Origin: Candidatus Omnitrophota bacterium
GTDB lineage: Bacteria; Omnitrophota; Gorgyraeia; 2-01-FULL-45-10
DNA length: 57,153 bases
Reading direction: 5' to 3'
Assembly (NCBI GenBank): GCA_016935115.1
Contig: JAFGRN010000002.1
Coordinates: 69,748-126,900 of the forward strand
Made by a program: the position numbers and the translations under genes. The notes under the pieces were generated by a model. The model was not told the origin of the DNA. It made no database searches and saw nothing but the letters and a program-made list of their open reading frames with translations. Every line of letters begins with the position of its first letter. The first letter of the stretch is position 1. Shown here one piece after another: positions 18,886 through 29,387 of the stretch.

Positions 18886-20313
18886 CTAAGAACATAGCTT
18901 ATCTTTCTCAGCCACGACTACTACATGAGTGAAAAAATCCATGATGCCGAAATAACATTCTATGACCCTGAAGTCCGCTTTTTTGAATATCGAGCACAAC
19001 TGCTCTTTAGACCTGGCAAGCATTATCTCATCCGGATGCAGCCTTATCTCTTTTCCGAATACTTTTTTCATAAACGCGCGGAGCCAATTAAGGAATATCA
19101 CGCTTATGCCGAATACCGGAGGCCAGAATATCACTACCTTACCTTCCGGCTTCAGGATACGGCGGAACTCCGAAAGTATCTTTGCTATATCCTCTTCGGT
19201 AAAATGCTCCATCACTCCCAGATTATAGATGCCGTCATAAGAGCTTTCGCGGAAAGGCATGCGGTGGATATCGCCGTTAACCGTTTCCCCTTTTGCCGAA
19301 TTAAACCTCCTGTAAATGTTCAATGCCGGAAAAGAGTTGTCCAGGGCGGTTACGGGGAACATCCGGAGGATCCCGGCATCCGTCTGTCCGCTCCCGCAGC
19401 CTGCATGGAGCAATTTCGACCCCTCTTTAAAATACCTCTTTACGAAATGATTGAGGCCCGGTCGTATGATCACTTTACGATAGAACGCGGCGACCATATC
19501 GTAAAGAAGCCCCCCGGCGTCATTCTTGCTCTCCCAGTACCAGTCCCAGCCGTTATCAGCGTCTTTTTTCGCAACCGCGGATTTATTGATCGTGAAGAAC
19601 TTCCTGTTAAACGATACGCCCAGGTAGATGCGCACAAGATGGTTCACGCTGTGAAGGATCTCCCTTAAGTTCATCTTGGAATGGCCGTACATCCTCGGCG
19701 GTATTATTATCGGAAGTTCCTTTATGGAAAAGTTATTCACGCTCAATATGTAAAGGCTTTCGAAGAAAAAAGAATAACCCCTCGAACGTACCAATTTAAA
19801 TGCGTCCTTGGGTATCCTGTCCAGTTTATAAAAACGCAGCGCCCCCGTAGCGTCATACTTTATGCCCAGGCAGTGCTTTGTAAGAAAATGTCCGGTCAAT
19901 GTCATAAATTTGCGGAACAAACTCCACCCCTCTATGCTGTTATTCATAATATACCTGGAGCCCACGACGATATCGTAATCTTTGGAAATTTTTATAAGAT
20001 CGGGCAGGATCGCTGGGGAATGCGCGAAATCACAATCCATCGTTATGATGTTCTTATACCCTTTATCATACGCGAACTCTATGCCGTCCAGGTGGGCACT
20101 GCCTACGCCCATCTTGCCCGGCCTGTGAAGCGCCATCACGTTCTTATGCTTCTTCGCGAGCTCATCAATTACCGCGCCGGTACCGTCGGGTGAATTATCA
20201 TCCATGAAGAGGATATCGAGGTCTATGCCCAGGGCTATTATCTCGGAGCATATCTTCCCGACATTCTCCTTCTCATTGTACGTCGGAATAAATACCAGGG
20301 CCCTATCGCTCAT
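18886..20313 (-). CDS. Fusion: Dpm1/Ppm1-like polyprenyl-phosphate glycosyltransferase (GT2) + class I methyltransferase
   Basis: N-terminal IPTYNEKEN, DDNSPDGT, MDCDFAH, VVGSRY; C-terminal LLHAGCGSG, YDGIYNLGVMEHF, LKPEG. Confidence 0.88.
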   Translation of the reverse strand: MSDRALVFIPTYNEKENVGKICSEIIALGIDLDILFMDDNSPDGTGAVIDELAKKHKNVMALHRPGKMGVGSAHLDGIEFAYDKGYKNIITMDCDFAHSPAILPDLIKISKDYDIVVGSRYIMNNSIEGWSLFRKFMTLTGHFLTKHCLGIKYDATGALRFYKLDRIPKDAFKLVRSRGYSFFFESLYILSVNNFSIKELPIIIPPRMYGHSKMNLREILHSVNHLVRIYLGVSFNRKFFTINKSAVAKKDADNGWDWYWESKNDAGGLLYDMVAAFYRKVIIRPGLNHFVKRYFKEGSKLLHAGCGSGQTDAGILRMFPVTALDNSFPALNIYRRFNSAKGETVNGDIHRMPFRESSYDGIYNLGVMEHFTEEDIAKILSEFRRILKPEGKVVIFWPPVFGISVIFLNWLRAFMKKVFGKEIRLHPDEIMLARSKEQLCSIFKKADFRVIECYFGIMDFFTHVVVVAEKDKLCS

Positions 20314-21253
20314 TGCCTAAAAACCCCTCCTCGGCCAAAAGCAGCCTTATCATCCCCCTGAAGTCGACAGACGGCTTCCACGAGGTCATCGACCTCAATT
20401 TCGCGGGATTGCCTATGAGATGATACCTCTGTCTCGCCAGCACCCTGCGATCCTCCCTGACATGCTGTTTCCAATCCAGCCCGAGAAATCCAAAAGTTAC
20501 CTTTACAAAATCCAGCACGGAATGGCCCTTGCCGGTGGCGATGATAAAATCGCCGCTATCGGCGATATTCAGTATCTTATGCATCGCTTCTACATAGTCC
20601 GGCGCGTATCCAAAGTCCTCCGTGGAGCTGAGGTCGCCTAATACTATCTTTTTTCGCCTGCCTTTCCTGATATCCATCGCGCCCTTTATTATCTTCCTGG
20701 ATATGAACTTCTCCCCGCGCAGAGATGACTCGTGATTATACAGGATCCCCGCGGAGACAAAGACCGAATACCTCTCCCTGTAAAAACGGCAGATGAAAAG
20801 GCCCGCCGCTTTGGTGATCCCGTAAATGGAAACCGGATTTATAGGCGTATTCTCGTCCTGGATCCGGCTTCTGGCATTGCCGAAGATGTGGGACGATGCG
20901 GCGTAAAACAGCCTGGTAGCGGGTGAGGCCTCTTTTATAGCCTCAAGAAAATTGATCAGCGAAAAGACGTTGACCTTGTAACTCTGCGCTGACAGTTCCA
21001 GGTTTTCTATAGGAGCATCCTCGGACGAATGGTGAAAAGCGGCCAGATAATATATCTCGTCCGGCCTGAATCTCTTTACGGCCTGCCGGACATCTTTGGC
21101 GGAGCTTATATCCACCGCCTTGAATCGCAGCCTCCCGGTCGATCTGGCAATGCCCTTATCTATGCTTAAGACCTCGTACTTCTTCCTCATGAGAAGGCCC
21201 GTAAGGAGCCTGCCGTCCTGGCCTTCACAGCCCACCACAATGGCTCTCTTCAT
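20303..21253 (-). CDS. Gmd-like SDR, probably a GDP-4-keto-sugar reductase (Rmd-like)
   Basis: GCEGQDG, PDEIYYLAA, YGITK, YNHES..R, DFGYAPDYV. The dehydratase SSE motif reads SSH. Confidence 0.8.
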   Translation of the reverse strand: MKRAIVVGCEGQDGRLLTGLLMRKKYEVLSIDKGIARSTGRLRFKAVDISSAKDVRQAVKRFRPDEIYYLAAFHHSSEDAPIENLELSAQSYKVNVFSLINFLEAIKEASPATRLFYAASSHIFGNARSRIQDENTPINPVSIYGITKAAGLFICRFYRERYSVFVSAGILYNHESSLRGEKFISRKIIKGAMDIRKGRRKKIVLGDLSSTEDFGYAPDYVEAMHKILNIADSGDFIIATGKGHSVLDFVKVTFGFLGLDWKQHVREDRRVLARQRYHLIGNPAKLRSMTSWKPSVDFRGMIRLLLAEEGFLGNER

Positions 21254-22506
21254 CTTTCCACGATTTCCGGATCAGGCATCGGGAAGATAAACTTTCCCCC
21301 CGAGCGCAGGTAATCCTGTTCTCTCGCTATGATACTGGCCTTAAAATGCCATGGCAGAACCAAAAAATAATCCGGTTTCTTCTTCTTTGCTTCTTCTTCG
21401 GAAATAATGGGTATATGCGTCCCCGGAGTATAACACCCAAACTTATCCTCGTTAATTTCAGCTATACAGCAGATATCCCTCTCCGTAAGGTTGCAAAATT
21501 GCAGAATCACATTTCCTTTTGTCGATGCTCCATAACCAATGATCTTTTTATTTTTATCTCTCAAGCCCCGTATCAGTCCGCACAGCTCATCCCTGTGCCT
21601 GAAGACACGTTCCCTGAAATCAACGTACGGTTTCAGATTCCCTAACCCCTTTCTCTCTTCCTCTCTTATTATCTTTTCCACCAGATCCGATTTTTCACAA
21701 TACACGGAAGATTTCTTTGCGGCTGTAACCGACATACTGCCGCCATTCACGCTGTTGAATTCGATATCTACCACCTTCAAACCGGCCCTGTCCATCATCC
21801 ACTTTATCTCTTTCAGCCTGTAATATTCCAGATGTTCATGGCAGATCGTGTCATAAGAGTTCATCTCCAGCATTAATGGCATATAGCTCTGCTCAAAAAC
21901 CCATATGCCGTCATCGGATAAGATATCACTGACCTCCCTCATAAATTCAAGAGGGGATTCCAGGTCGTAGAACATGGCTATGGAGGTAATGACCTTGGCC
22001 TTTTTCCCGCCGAAATTTTTCTTCACGATCCCGGCGCTAAAAAAATCCGGGATAAGCCGTATATGAGGAGGGTAGTATTTTTTAAATTTCTTCCCTGCCG
22101 GATCTATTCCCACAAGCACAAGCCCCGATTCAGGATAAGCGCGCAAAAGGGTACCGTCGTTGCTTCCTATGCCTATAACCATATCTCCCGGATTTAACGA
22201 AACTATCCTGAAAATACTCTTGATCTTACTCTTCAAATGTTCCACCATGGAGCTGTTTAGGGCCGAGCGATAACCGTAGCTCGGCCCGTACATCTTAATG
22301 ACATCGAATGAGTGTTTGAGCTGAACCAGGCCACAGCGGTCATCACTACCGTTCTCGATGCACTTGACTAACTGCAGCGGCTCGGATTCAACATTCTCGG
22401 CCCTGTCTTTAGGGAAAAAGCCTGTCATGGCCTGGTTACCAAGATCGAGAATACTGATCAGCTCTTCATTGCCGCATATCCGGCATCTCCTGATCTCCCT
22501 ACCCAT
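21250..22506 (-). CDS. NDP-hexose C-methyltransferase (TylCIII/EryBIII/NovU-like)
   Basis: [56 protein letters not shown]. Confidence 0.9.
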   Translation of the reverse strand: MGREIRRCRICGNEELISILDLGNQAMTGFFPKDRAENVESEPLQLVKCIENGSDDRCGLVQLKHSFDVIKMYGPSYGYRSALNSSMVEHLKSKIKSIFRIVSLNPGDMVIGIGSNDGTLLRAYPESGLVLVGIDPAGKKFKKYYPPHIRLIPDFFSAGIVKKNFGGKKAKVITSIAMFYDLESPLEFMREVSDILSDDGIWVFEQSYMPLMLEMNSYDTICHEHLEYYRLKEIKWMMDRAGLKVVDIEFNSVNGGSMSVTAAKKSSVYCEKSDLVEKIIREEERKGLGNLKPYVDFRERVFRHRDELCGLIRGLRDKNKKIIGYGASTKGNVILQFCNLTERDICCIAEINEDKFGCYTPGTHIPIISEEEAKKKKPDYFLVLPWHFKASIIAREQDYLRSGGKFIFPMPDPEIVER

Positions 22507-23569
22507 ACTTGATTCCCATCCTCCTGCCCAGGGCCTCGTGCTCCGCGAGTTTCAGATCCGATTCCATCATCATCCTGATCAACTCTTTAAACAGGGTCTT
22601 TTTAGGTTTCCAACCCAGTTTCTTGACAGCTTTATCGGGATTGCCAAGCAGAGTCTCCACATCCGTGGGCCTGAAATAGTCCGGATCCACCTCAATTATG
22701 GTCTTCTTTGTCCTCCGGTCGATGCCTTTCTCATTAAGGCCCTTGCCCTTCCATATAAGATCGATCCCTATCCCTTTGGCGGCCAGCTCGGCAAACTCCC
22801 GCACGCTGTGATTCTCCCCGGTAGCTATGACATAGTCGTCGGGCTTCGGCTGCTGCAGCATTAGCCACATTGCCTCAACATAATCTTTCGCGTAACCCCA
22901 GTCTCTCCTGGCATTGAGATTGCCCAAAAGCAGCTTCTTCTGCAGGCCAAACTTCATGCGCGCCAGGCTCATCGTTATCTTTCTCGACACAAAATTTTCG
23001 CTCCTGCGGGGAGATTCATGGTTAAAAAGAAACCCGTTGCATATGAACATGCCGTAGGCCTCTCTGTAATTCTGGGTTATGTAAAAAGAGAACGCCTTGG
23101 CGCAGGCGTACGGGCTCCTGGGATGGAACGGTGTCGCCTCGCTCTGCGATTTGGCGGGAAAACTCCCGAATATCTCACTGCTCGATGCCTGATAAAACTT
23201 CGTCTTTAATTTTACCTCTTTTATGGCATCCAGTAGCCTTATGATTCCCAGGGCATTTACATTTGTGGTATATTCGGGCATTTGAAAACTTATTCCCACA
23301 TGGCTTTGAGCCGCCAAATTGTAAATTTCATCCGGCTTTACCTTCTCCAGTATCCTGTTCAATGAACTTGCGTCATTAAGATCCCCGTACATGAGTTTCA
23401 GGCGGTCGTTATGCTGTCCATCAAAAAGGTAAAGATGCTCGATCCTGTGCCGTTTAAACAGACTGGTTCTTCTTATTACCCCGTAAACATGATAACCCTT
23501 ATCAAGCAGAAACTCCGCCAGATAGGACCCATCCTGGCCCGTAATACCCGTAATGAGCGCTTTCTTCAT
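22499..23569 (-). CDS. gmd: GDP-mannose 4,6-dehydratase
   Basis: [60 protein letters not shown]. Confidence 0.96.
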   Translation of the reverse strand: MKKALITGITGQDGSYLAEFLLDKGYHVYGVIRRTSLFKRHRIEHLYLFDGQHNDRLKLMYGDLNDASSLNRILEKVKPDEIYNLAAQSHVGISFQMPEYTTNVNALGIIRLLDAIKEVKLKTKFYQASSSEIFGSFPAKSQSEATPFHPRSPYACAKAFSFYITQNYREAYGMFICNGFLFNHESPRRSENFVSRKITMSLARMKFGLQKKLLLGNLNARRDWGYAKDYVEAMWLMLQQPKPDDYVIATGENHSVREFAELAAKGIGIDLIWKGKGLNEKGIDRRTKKTIIEVDPDYFRPTDVETLLGNPDKAVKKLGWKPKKTLFKELIRMMMESDLKLAEHEALGRRMGIKYG

Positions 23570-23599
23570 ATCGTAAAACTCCTTTTTTATAAAGCAAAA

Positions 23600-24823
23600 T
23601 CAAACAGATAGTATCCTGTATATCGCGGCATATCCGGTTATAGCAGCTTCATTTGAAAGGAGTTTCCTGGCGGTAGCTGCGCATCTTTCCCTGAGAAGGC
23701 CTTTTCCCCTCTTAAGCTCAATCAATTCACCCAGCGCGGCGCCAAATTCCCGTTCCGTGAAACTGTTCACCACCACTCCCACCCTGTTATCGCGCACAAG
23801 CTCTTCCGTGTCTCCGATACCGGGATTTATTATCACGGGCACGCCCGAGGAAAGAAACTCGCCCATCTTTATCGGGGAGGATCCTATCTTATTACGCGGA
23901 TTTATGAAAAATATGCCCGCGTCCGCCATTCGCATATACCGCGGCATCTCTTCATAAGGTACCTTCTCTTTTATCAAGATCCTGTCCGCGGCGATTCCGA
24001 GCGCTTTTGCCCGTCCAAGAAAGAGCGACGGTTCATCGGCTGTAACTATGAAGAATACGGCATCCGGCAGCATCACCGACATGTATTTAAAAAATGCCAG
24101 CATCTCGTCCATAAAATAGAAGGTTCCTATCTTGCCGGGATACATCAGGACAAACCTGCCGCCTATACCCAGCTCGCTTCTTACGGCAGCCTCATCTTTT
24201 TCGTCGGAGACAAATCTCCCCGTATCGACACAGCACGGGACCACATCCATGGGTATATTCCTGGAAACAAGGTAGTCGAGAGATCTGTTCAGGTCAAGAT
24301 GTTTCCGGGTAAGAACCGTAACGGCATCAGCCCTCATGAGCATTCTCTTCTCCGCCGCCTTCACAAGGCGGAACCGCAGCCCCCCTTCTTCCCATAATCC
24401 TCCGGCGGCATATTCCTCCGCCAGGAGGCCCCTCATATCGAAAAGTATCTTGAATCTGAGAAACTTCGAAACAGCCATTACGGCAATGCCGGGCGTTATT
24501 CCCCTGACATGCACTATCTTCACATGCCCTGAAAATATTATGAAGAATACGCGTATGGCGCCCATGAAGAGATCGAAGATCGTCGATAAAACCGGCGGAT
24601 TTTTATGGTACCGCAGGTATTGCCAATCGATACCGTATTTTTTAAGGCCCTCTTTTAATTTACGGAGCCCTTTACGGCCTACTCTGTCGAGATCCCCCTT
24701 CTTCTCGTATGTCAGAAGAATGAATTCATATCCCCGCTCGGCAAGGCCCTTCAGGTAGGGAATTGCCTGGGACGGCAGGATCGGCTCGAGAAGTCCGTTA
24801 TAGGAGATGAAGAGCGCCTTCAT
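23600..24823 (-). CDS. GT4 family glycosyltransferase
   Basis: FDMRG..AEEY, PCCVD, SSPIKMGEFLSSGVPV, GIGD. Confidence 0.88.
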   Translation of the reverse strand: MKALFISYNGLLEPILPSQAIPYLKGLAERGYEFILLTYEKKGDLDRVGRKGLRKLKEGLKKYGIDWQYLRYHKNPPVLSTIFDLFMGAIRVFFIIFSGHVKIVHVRGITPGIAVMAVSKFLRFKILFDMRGLLAEEYAAGGLWEEGGLRFRLVKAAEKRMLMRADAVTVLTRKHLDLNRSLDYLVSRNIPMDVVPCCVDTGRFVSDEKDEAAVRSELGIGGRFVLMYPGKIGTFYFMDEMLAFFKYMSVMLPDAVFFIVTADEPSLFLGRAKALGIAADRILIKEKVPYEEMPRYMRMADAGIFFINPRNKIGSSPIKMGEFLSSGVPVIINPGIGDTEELVRDNRVGVVVNSFTEREFGAALGELIELKRGKGLLRERCAATARKLLSNEAAITGYAAIYRILSV

Positions 24824-26301
24824 GCGGCCTTTTCCATATTTTTCCCGAGGAGAGAGACCCTTCTTGCCATACGGAATATTTTGACAAGCACTCCGCCAAA
24901 CTGGGTAAGCCCTATCTTAATAAGCCTTACCGGATGCGCGGCATTGTCCTTTATAAAGTTCCTGAGGTTTATCGGAAGTATCACTTTAAGTCTGGCTTCG
25001 AGATAAAGTTTCTCAAACATACCCGTCGGCATATCCGCGTAATTGGCATAGGAGGCCTCCTGGTCCCCTACATCCTCCCATCTGGGCAGAGGTTTCCCAT
25101 CGCGCTTTAATTCCTCATAGCTCGGCGTGCCCGGGAGCGGCATGAATATATTGAATCCCACCATGTTGGGCCTGACTTTTTTTATGAACCGCAACGTCTC
25201 TTTGAAATCATCAACTCTCTCTCCGGGATAACCGGTTATGATATTCGCCTGGAACCGGAGGCGCGCCTTTCTCGTTAATTCAGCGGCCCTTAAGCTCTCC
25301 CCAACAACCTGCCTCTTGTTCATGAGATCGAGGACCCTCTGTGAACCTGATTCAAATCCATACTCTATTCCGACGCAGCCGGCCTCTTTCATGAGCTCCA
25401 GGAACTCTTTCGTAATAACACTCGCCTTCGCCTGCGCTATCCATTTTATCTTCCTGTTTATGCCTTTCTCAATAAAGAGGTTCAGCAGCTCTTCGGCCCT
25501 CTTCTTTGACGCAAGGAACATGTCCTCCGCGAAATACAGGGCCTCCACATCATATTTCCCGATAAGTTCTTCGATCTCGCTTATGACCCTGCCCGTGGAA
25601 TGGAACCTTACCTTACCGCTGAATACCAGGGGGCCAGCGCAAAAACTGCACCTGTAGGGGCATCCCCGCGCGGTGAATATCGAAGTGGTCCTTAAATTAA
25701 GATTTCTCGAAGTGAACCTGCTCGGCCTTGTATAAAATTTCATGTCAAGGATATGCCTGGCGGGGAACGGTATGTCGTCGAGATTGCCGACGGGAATCCT
25801 CTCCGGAGTCGAGATTATTTCTTCTCCCTTCCTGAATGTTATGCCGTCTGTATTCTTAAGTTCTTTGCCCAGGGCAAGATCCAGCAGGGTCTGCTCCCCT
25901 TCGCCCCTTACACAGATATCGGCGGAGGGCACTTCCTTTAATGTAAGATACGGCTCTCCTGTGACATGCGGCCCGCCCAGCACCACCATAGTGCCAGGCA
26001 AAGAGGCCTTTATCCGGTCCGCAAGGTGCGCGGTATCCGGCATATTGGGGGTCGTTACGCTTATTCCTACAATGCCGGACCTGAAATCCCTGATCCTGGC
26101 GAGGGTCAATTCGTCAAGCTTTTCGAAATCCATTCCGTTCTTGCGTAGCAGGACATCCCTGTCGAGTATTTCGACATTGTGCCCGTGCTTTTCCAGCACC
26201 GCGGCGAGGTATGCCAGCCCGAGAGGCGGCCAGAATTGCTTATTCTCATCCACCATCACCCTTCTCCGCGACAGCAGGGGGTATATCAGCGTCACATTCA
26301 T
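24820..26301 (-). CDS. B12-binding-domain radical SAM protein
   Basis: WPPLGLAYLAAVL, VLGGPHVT, RGEGE; ARGCPYRCSFC, GFESGSQ. Confidence 0.93.
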   Translation of the reverse strand: MNVTLIYPLLSRRRVMVDENKQFWPPLGLAYLAAVLEKHGHNVEILDRDVLLRKNGMDFEKLDELTLARIRDFRSGIVGISVTTPNMPDTAHLADRIKASLPGTMVVLGGPHVTGEPYLTLKEVPSADICVRGEGEQTLLDLALGKELKNTDGITFRKGEEIISTPERIPVGNLDDIPFPARHILDMKFYTRPSRFTSRNLNLRTTSIFTARGCPYRCSFCAGPLVFSGKVRFHSTGRVISEIEELIGKYDVEALYFAEDMFLASKKRAEELLNLFIEKGINRKIKWIAQAKASVITKEFLELMKEAGCVGIEYGFESGSQRVLDLMNKRQVVGESLRAAELTRKARLRFQANIITGYPGERVDDFKETLRFIKKVRPNMVGFNIFMPLPGTPSYEELKRDGKPLPRWEDVGDQEASYANYADMPTGMFEKLYLEARLKVILPINLRNFIKDNAAHPVRLIKIGLTQFGGVLVKIFRMARRVSLLGKNMEKAA

Positions 26302-26304
26302 ATC

Positions 26305-28047
26305 TTAAAGCTTTCTCCTGTAGATATCTATACGCGGGCCTCTGATAACGCTCTTTGATCCCGCCAGGCTGATCGAACGTAGTGCATGGTAATCCCGATC
26401 CATAAAATGCGGAAAGAACGAGGTAAACTCCACCGTTGGAGCAAATGATCTTTCGAGCGCGTATCTTTTCGCAAGTGTCTTCTTCATCGCATTCCGGCTC
26501 TCATAGTATCCCTCTTCTATGAAATAACGCATCTCATAACTTACAAACGTATCGTCGTTATTGGACGTTGTAATGATAAATAACGGGTCATTCGAAAGTA
26601 TATCCGATTCTTTCAGCTTGTCGACTTTTACGACATCATACAAAGAACTCCCCGCGTATAGTTCGTCATAATATGCCATTTTTACCTTCTGCAGCGAACC
26701 ACTGCCGCCTATGGCGACGGCCCCGTCAAAATCCCTTTTAACGCTCTCCACATTGCCAGCCAGCTGAGGAGAACTTATGGCGTTCCCAAAGAGGCATCCC
26801 TCCTCGAGTACTGTTGATTCCTTTTCTATATTATCCTCTATCCATGATTTTGCGATCGTCCGCGTATCGGGACTTGCCACTACCTTGATCAATTTTATCG
26901 AATCTATGAATGATGGAAAAACTATTAACGCGGCCGCCAGGGTCGCAAAAAAAATTGATCTTCTGAAAAGTATTCCGGAAAGTAGTTCGTCGAGAAAACG
27001 CCCTGCCAGAATAAATACGAAAAAACTAAGCGGTATGATGTGATACGCAAAACCTGTAATATTCATGAAGATAAGATATTGCGATATCGGAAAAACAACG
27101 AGAAGCAAGTCCCATCTGGTTCGCCTGTAAAGAGCGTAGCCCATACCGCACAACGATAATATCTCCAGCGGAACCCCCCACCCGTTCCTCATATGATTGG
27201 TAAAATAATAAAGCCACCTGTGCTTGTTCGGATTGACCGTAATGTGCGCACCTCCTATCCTGACCACGGTATCCTGGTATACGGCCCCTATGTTAAAAAG
27301 CGCGGAAGGCACGCCGATGAAAAATCCCGCCATTACCATGGCCGAGCCAGCCGCGAGCATCCGGACCAGCGCAACAACCGATCGTAGCCGCTCATCCCTG
27401 TATTTAATAAATGCCGCGACAAAAAGGAACGCCACGCCGAAAACACAATGTAATTTACCCGCTACGGCAAGCCCGACGAGAAGGGACGCGGCATAATATA
27501 AGCTGCGGTCTCCGGTTTTCTGAATACTCAAAACCACACATAAAAAAGCGCATGCCAACAGGAAGGTAGCGGGCACATCGGCCAGCGCAAAAATTGACAT
27601 CTGAAAAGTCAATAAAGAGAATCCTGTAAATATCGCCGCTATCAGCGCGGCTCTTGCGTTGAAGATTTTCGCGGTAATCGCATAGGAAAGATATATAAGC
27701 GATGTACCGCACAGGATAGAAATCACCCTGCCCAATATAAAAAAGACCGAAGGATCACGCAGATAACCTACAAGAAATGATGCAGGCGAGGTAACAGCAC
27801 CCAACACCTTAAGAAGGATGAAGTATAATCCATAGATAATGCCCAGGACCAGCTGGTATAGGCCACCGTGAGAATATGAGAACGGCTTGAGATTTCCACC
27901 GGCCATGCGCAGGGCATCTTCAACGTAATTATTCTCGTCGTGCCAATAGGTATAGGGCAGGCTTGCCTGGACAGGATAGAGCCTCATCGCAAAGGCAAAT
28001 AAGATCACGGCCATTAATACCGGATACGTGGCCCTCATATTACTCAT
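26305..28047 (-). CDS. GT-C membrane glycosyltransferase (ArnT/PMT-like)
   Basis: HDE in the first loop, about 11 hydrophobic segments, GLAVAGK, C-terminal soluble domain. Start MSNMR at 28047 (track 28089). Confidence 0.8.
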   Translation of the reverse strand: MSNMRATYPVLMAVILFAFAMRLYPVQASLPYTYWHDENNYVEDALRMAGGNLKPFSYSHGGLYQLVLGIIYGLYFILLKVLGAVTSPASFLVGYLRDPSVFFILGRVISILCGTSLIYLSYAITAKIFNARAALIAAIFTGFSLLTFQMSIFALADVPATFLLACAFLCVVLSIQKTGDRSLYYAASLLVGLAVAGKLHCVFGVAFLFVAAFIKYRDERLRSVVALVRMLAAGSAMVMAGFFIGVPSALFNIGAVYQDTVVRIGGAHITVNPNKHRWLYYFTNHMRNGWGVPLEILSLCGMGYALYRRTRWDLLLVVFPISQYLIFMNITGFAYHIIPLSFFVFILAGRFLDELLSGILFRRSIFFATLAAALIVFPSFIDSIKLIKVVASPDTRTIAKSWIEDNIEKESTVLEEGCLFGNAISSPQLAGNVESVKRDFDGAVAIGGSGSLQKVKMAYYDELYAGSSLYDVVKVDKLKESDILSNDPLFIITTSNNDDTFVSYEMRYFIEEGYYESRNAMKKTLAKRYALERSFAPTVEFTSFFPHFMDRDYHALRSISLAGSKSVIRGPRIDIYRRKL

Positions 28048-29377
28048 GCTTTTCCCTTTTATTACGATCAAAAAAAGCCGGAGCGGCAAGGATACAATAC
28101 AGAGGTATCAGCGGTACCGCGTACCTGCCTATGGCGTCCAGTAAAGAGTACATGAGGTTTACATACAGTATTATGACTGCCAGGGCTATCCACCGATCCC
28201 AGATATATATGTTCTTTATCATCGCTATAAATACCAGCAGGATCAGTATGTAAGCGATCGATCTGCTCATGCCCTTCATAAGCGCAAGGACCAATTCCCC
28301 GTTTCGGGTCTTTGAAAAATATTTGGTGACGCTCTCTTCATTCAGAAGAGGAGTGTATGTAAAAGCTGTCATTTTTATTCCCTCTATGAAGGTATATCCC
28401 AGATACCTGAACGGATGTTCCGATATCTTCCGGAAGGCTTCTCCCGCCATCTTCTTGTCTATCTCTCCCGGCGGCATACCCTGCTTCGCGTACTCATCCT
28501 CCAGCGCCATTTCCCGCTCCAGGTCTTTAAAAAAGTACCTGTTCGATACGGTGATTATATCGGGAAAGAGTTTCTTCCCCAGATATTCGGAGAAGCTGCA
28601 CGTTACAGTGGCCATGAGCTCCCTCGGAGAATCGTCTATCTTCTCTGCCCGCGACCAGATGACCATGCCTCCCCGCGAGGCCATCGAAAATGTATTGAAG
28701 ACCATCTTATTTCTTATCGGCCAGACGGAAATAATTCCCATGTAGACAGCGATAAGCAGGACGCTATATACGACAAAACGCTTTATTTCCGCCTTTTTAA
28801 CAATGCGCGATATGAAAACCATGGCAAGTATGGCAAACGGCAGGAACAGTACTATGGTCTTCGTCAATGTCAATAATCCGAATACCGCGCCGCACACGGC
28901 AAAGCGCAGGGCGGTCTGGCGCTTCAACGCCAGCAGCAGTAATAACACGCTCAGGCATAATTCGAATGTAAACAGGGTCTCGCTGAGTATGTATGACGCC
29001 GTATTCGCCAGCGTCGGAAAGACGGCGACCATTATGCCCGACAGAAAAGCGGCATTTTCCGAAAAGATATGCCGCGCTATAAAATACGCCATTACAGCTG
29101 TCATGGCATGCAATAGAATCTGTACGAAAACCACCGGTATCGGGTTATGCCCAAATGCCCTGTATACGGCCGCCAGGAATACCGGGTAAGCCGGCTCCCG
29201 ATACATTGTGGGAAGATACGGGGCGCTCTCGCTCTGGGAAAAGCCGCGGCCGCAGGCCAGGTTATACCCGATCCTGTCATACTGCGTGGCGTCCGGACCC
29301 ATTGCCGGAGAACCGAACATGATAAATATTCCGGCCGTTAATATGCCCAGTACCGATATGATCAATATTTTACGCAT
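28040..29377 (-). CDS. GT-C membrane glycosyltransferase (ArnT/PMT-like)
   Basis: PDATQYD, REPAYP, SETLF, GLLTLTK, RYAVPLIP; multiple TM helices. Confidence 0.82.
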   Translation of the reverse strand: MRKILIISVLGILTAGIFIMFGSPAMGPDATQYDRIGYNLACGRGFSQSESAPYLPTMYREPAYPVFLAAVYRAFGHNPIPVVFVQILLHAMTAVMAYFIARHIFSENAAFLSGIMVAVFPTLANTASYILSETLFTFELCLSVLLLLLALKRQTALRFAVCGAVFGLLTLTKTIVLFLPFAILAMVFISRIVKKAEIKRFVVYSVLLIAVYMGIISVWPIRNKMVFNTFSMASRGGMVIWSRAEKIDDSPRELMATVTCSFSEYLGKKLFPDIITVSNRYFFKDLEREMALEDEYAKQGMPPGEIDKKMAGEAFRKISEHPFRYLGYTFIEGIKMTAFTYTPLLNEESVTKYFSKTRNGELVLALMKGMSRSIAYILILLVFIAMIKNIYIWDRWIALAVIILYVNLMYSLLDAIGRYAVPLIPLYCILAAPAFFDRNKREKHE

Positions 29378-29387
29378 GTTTTAAATA

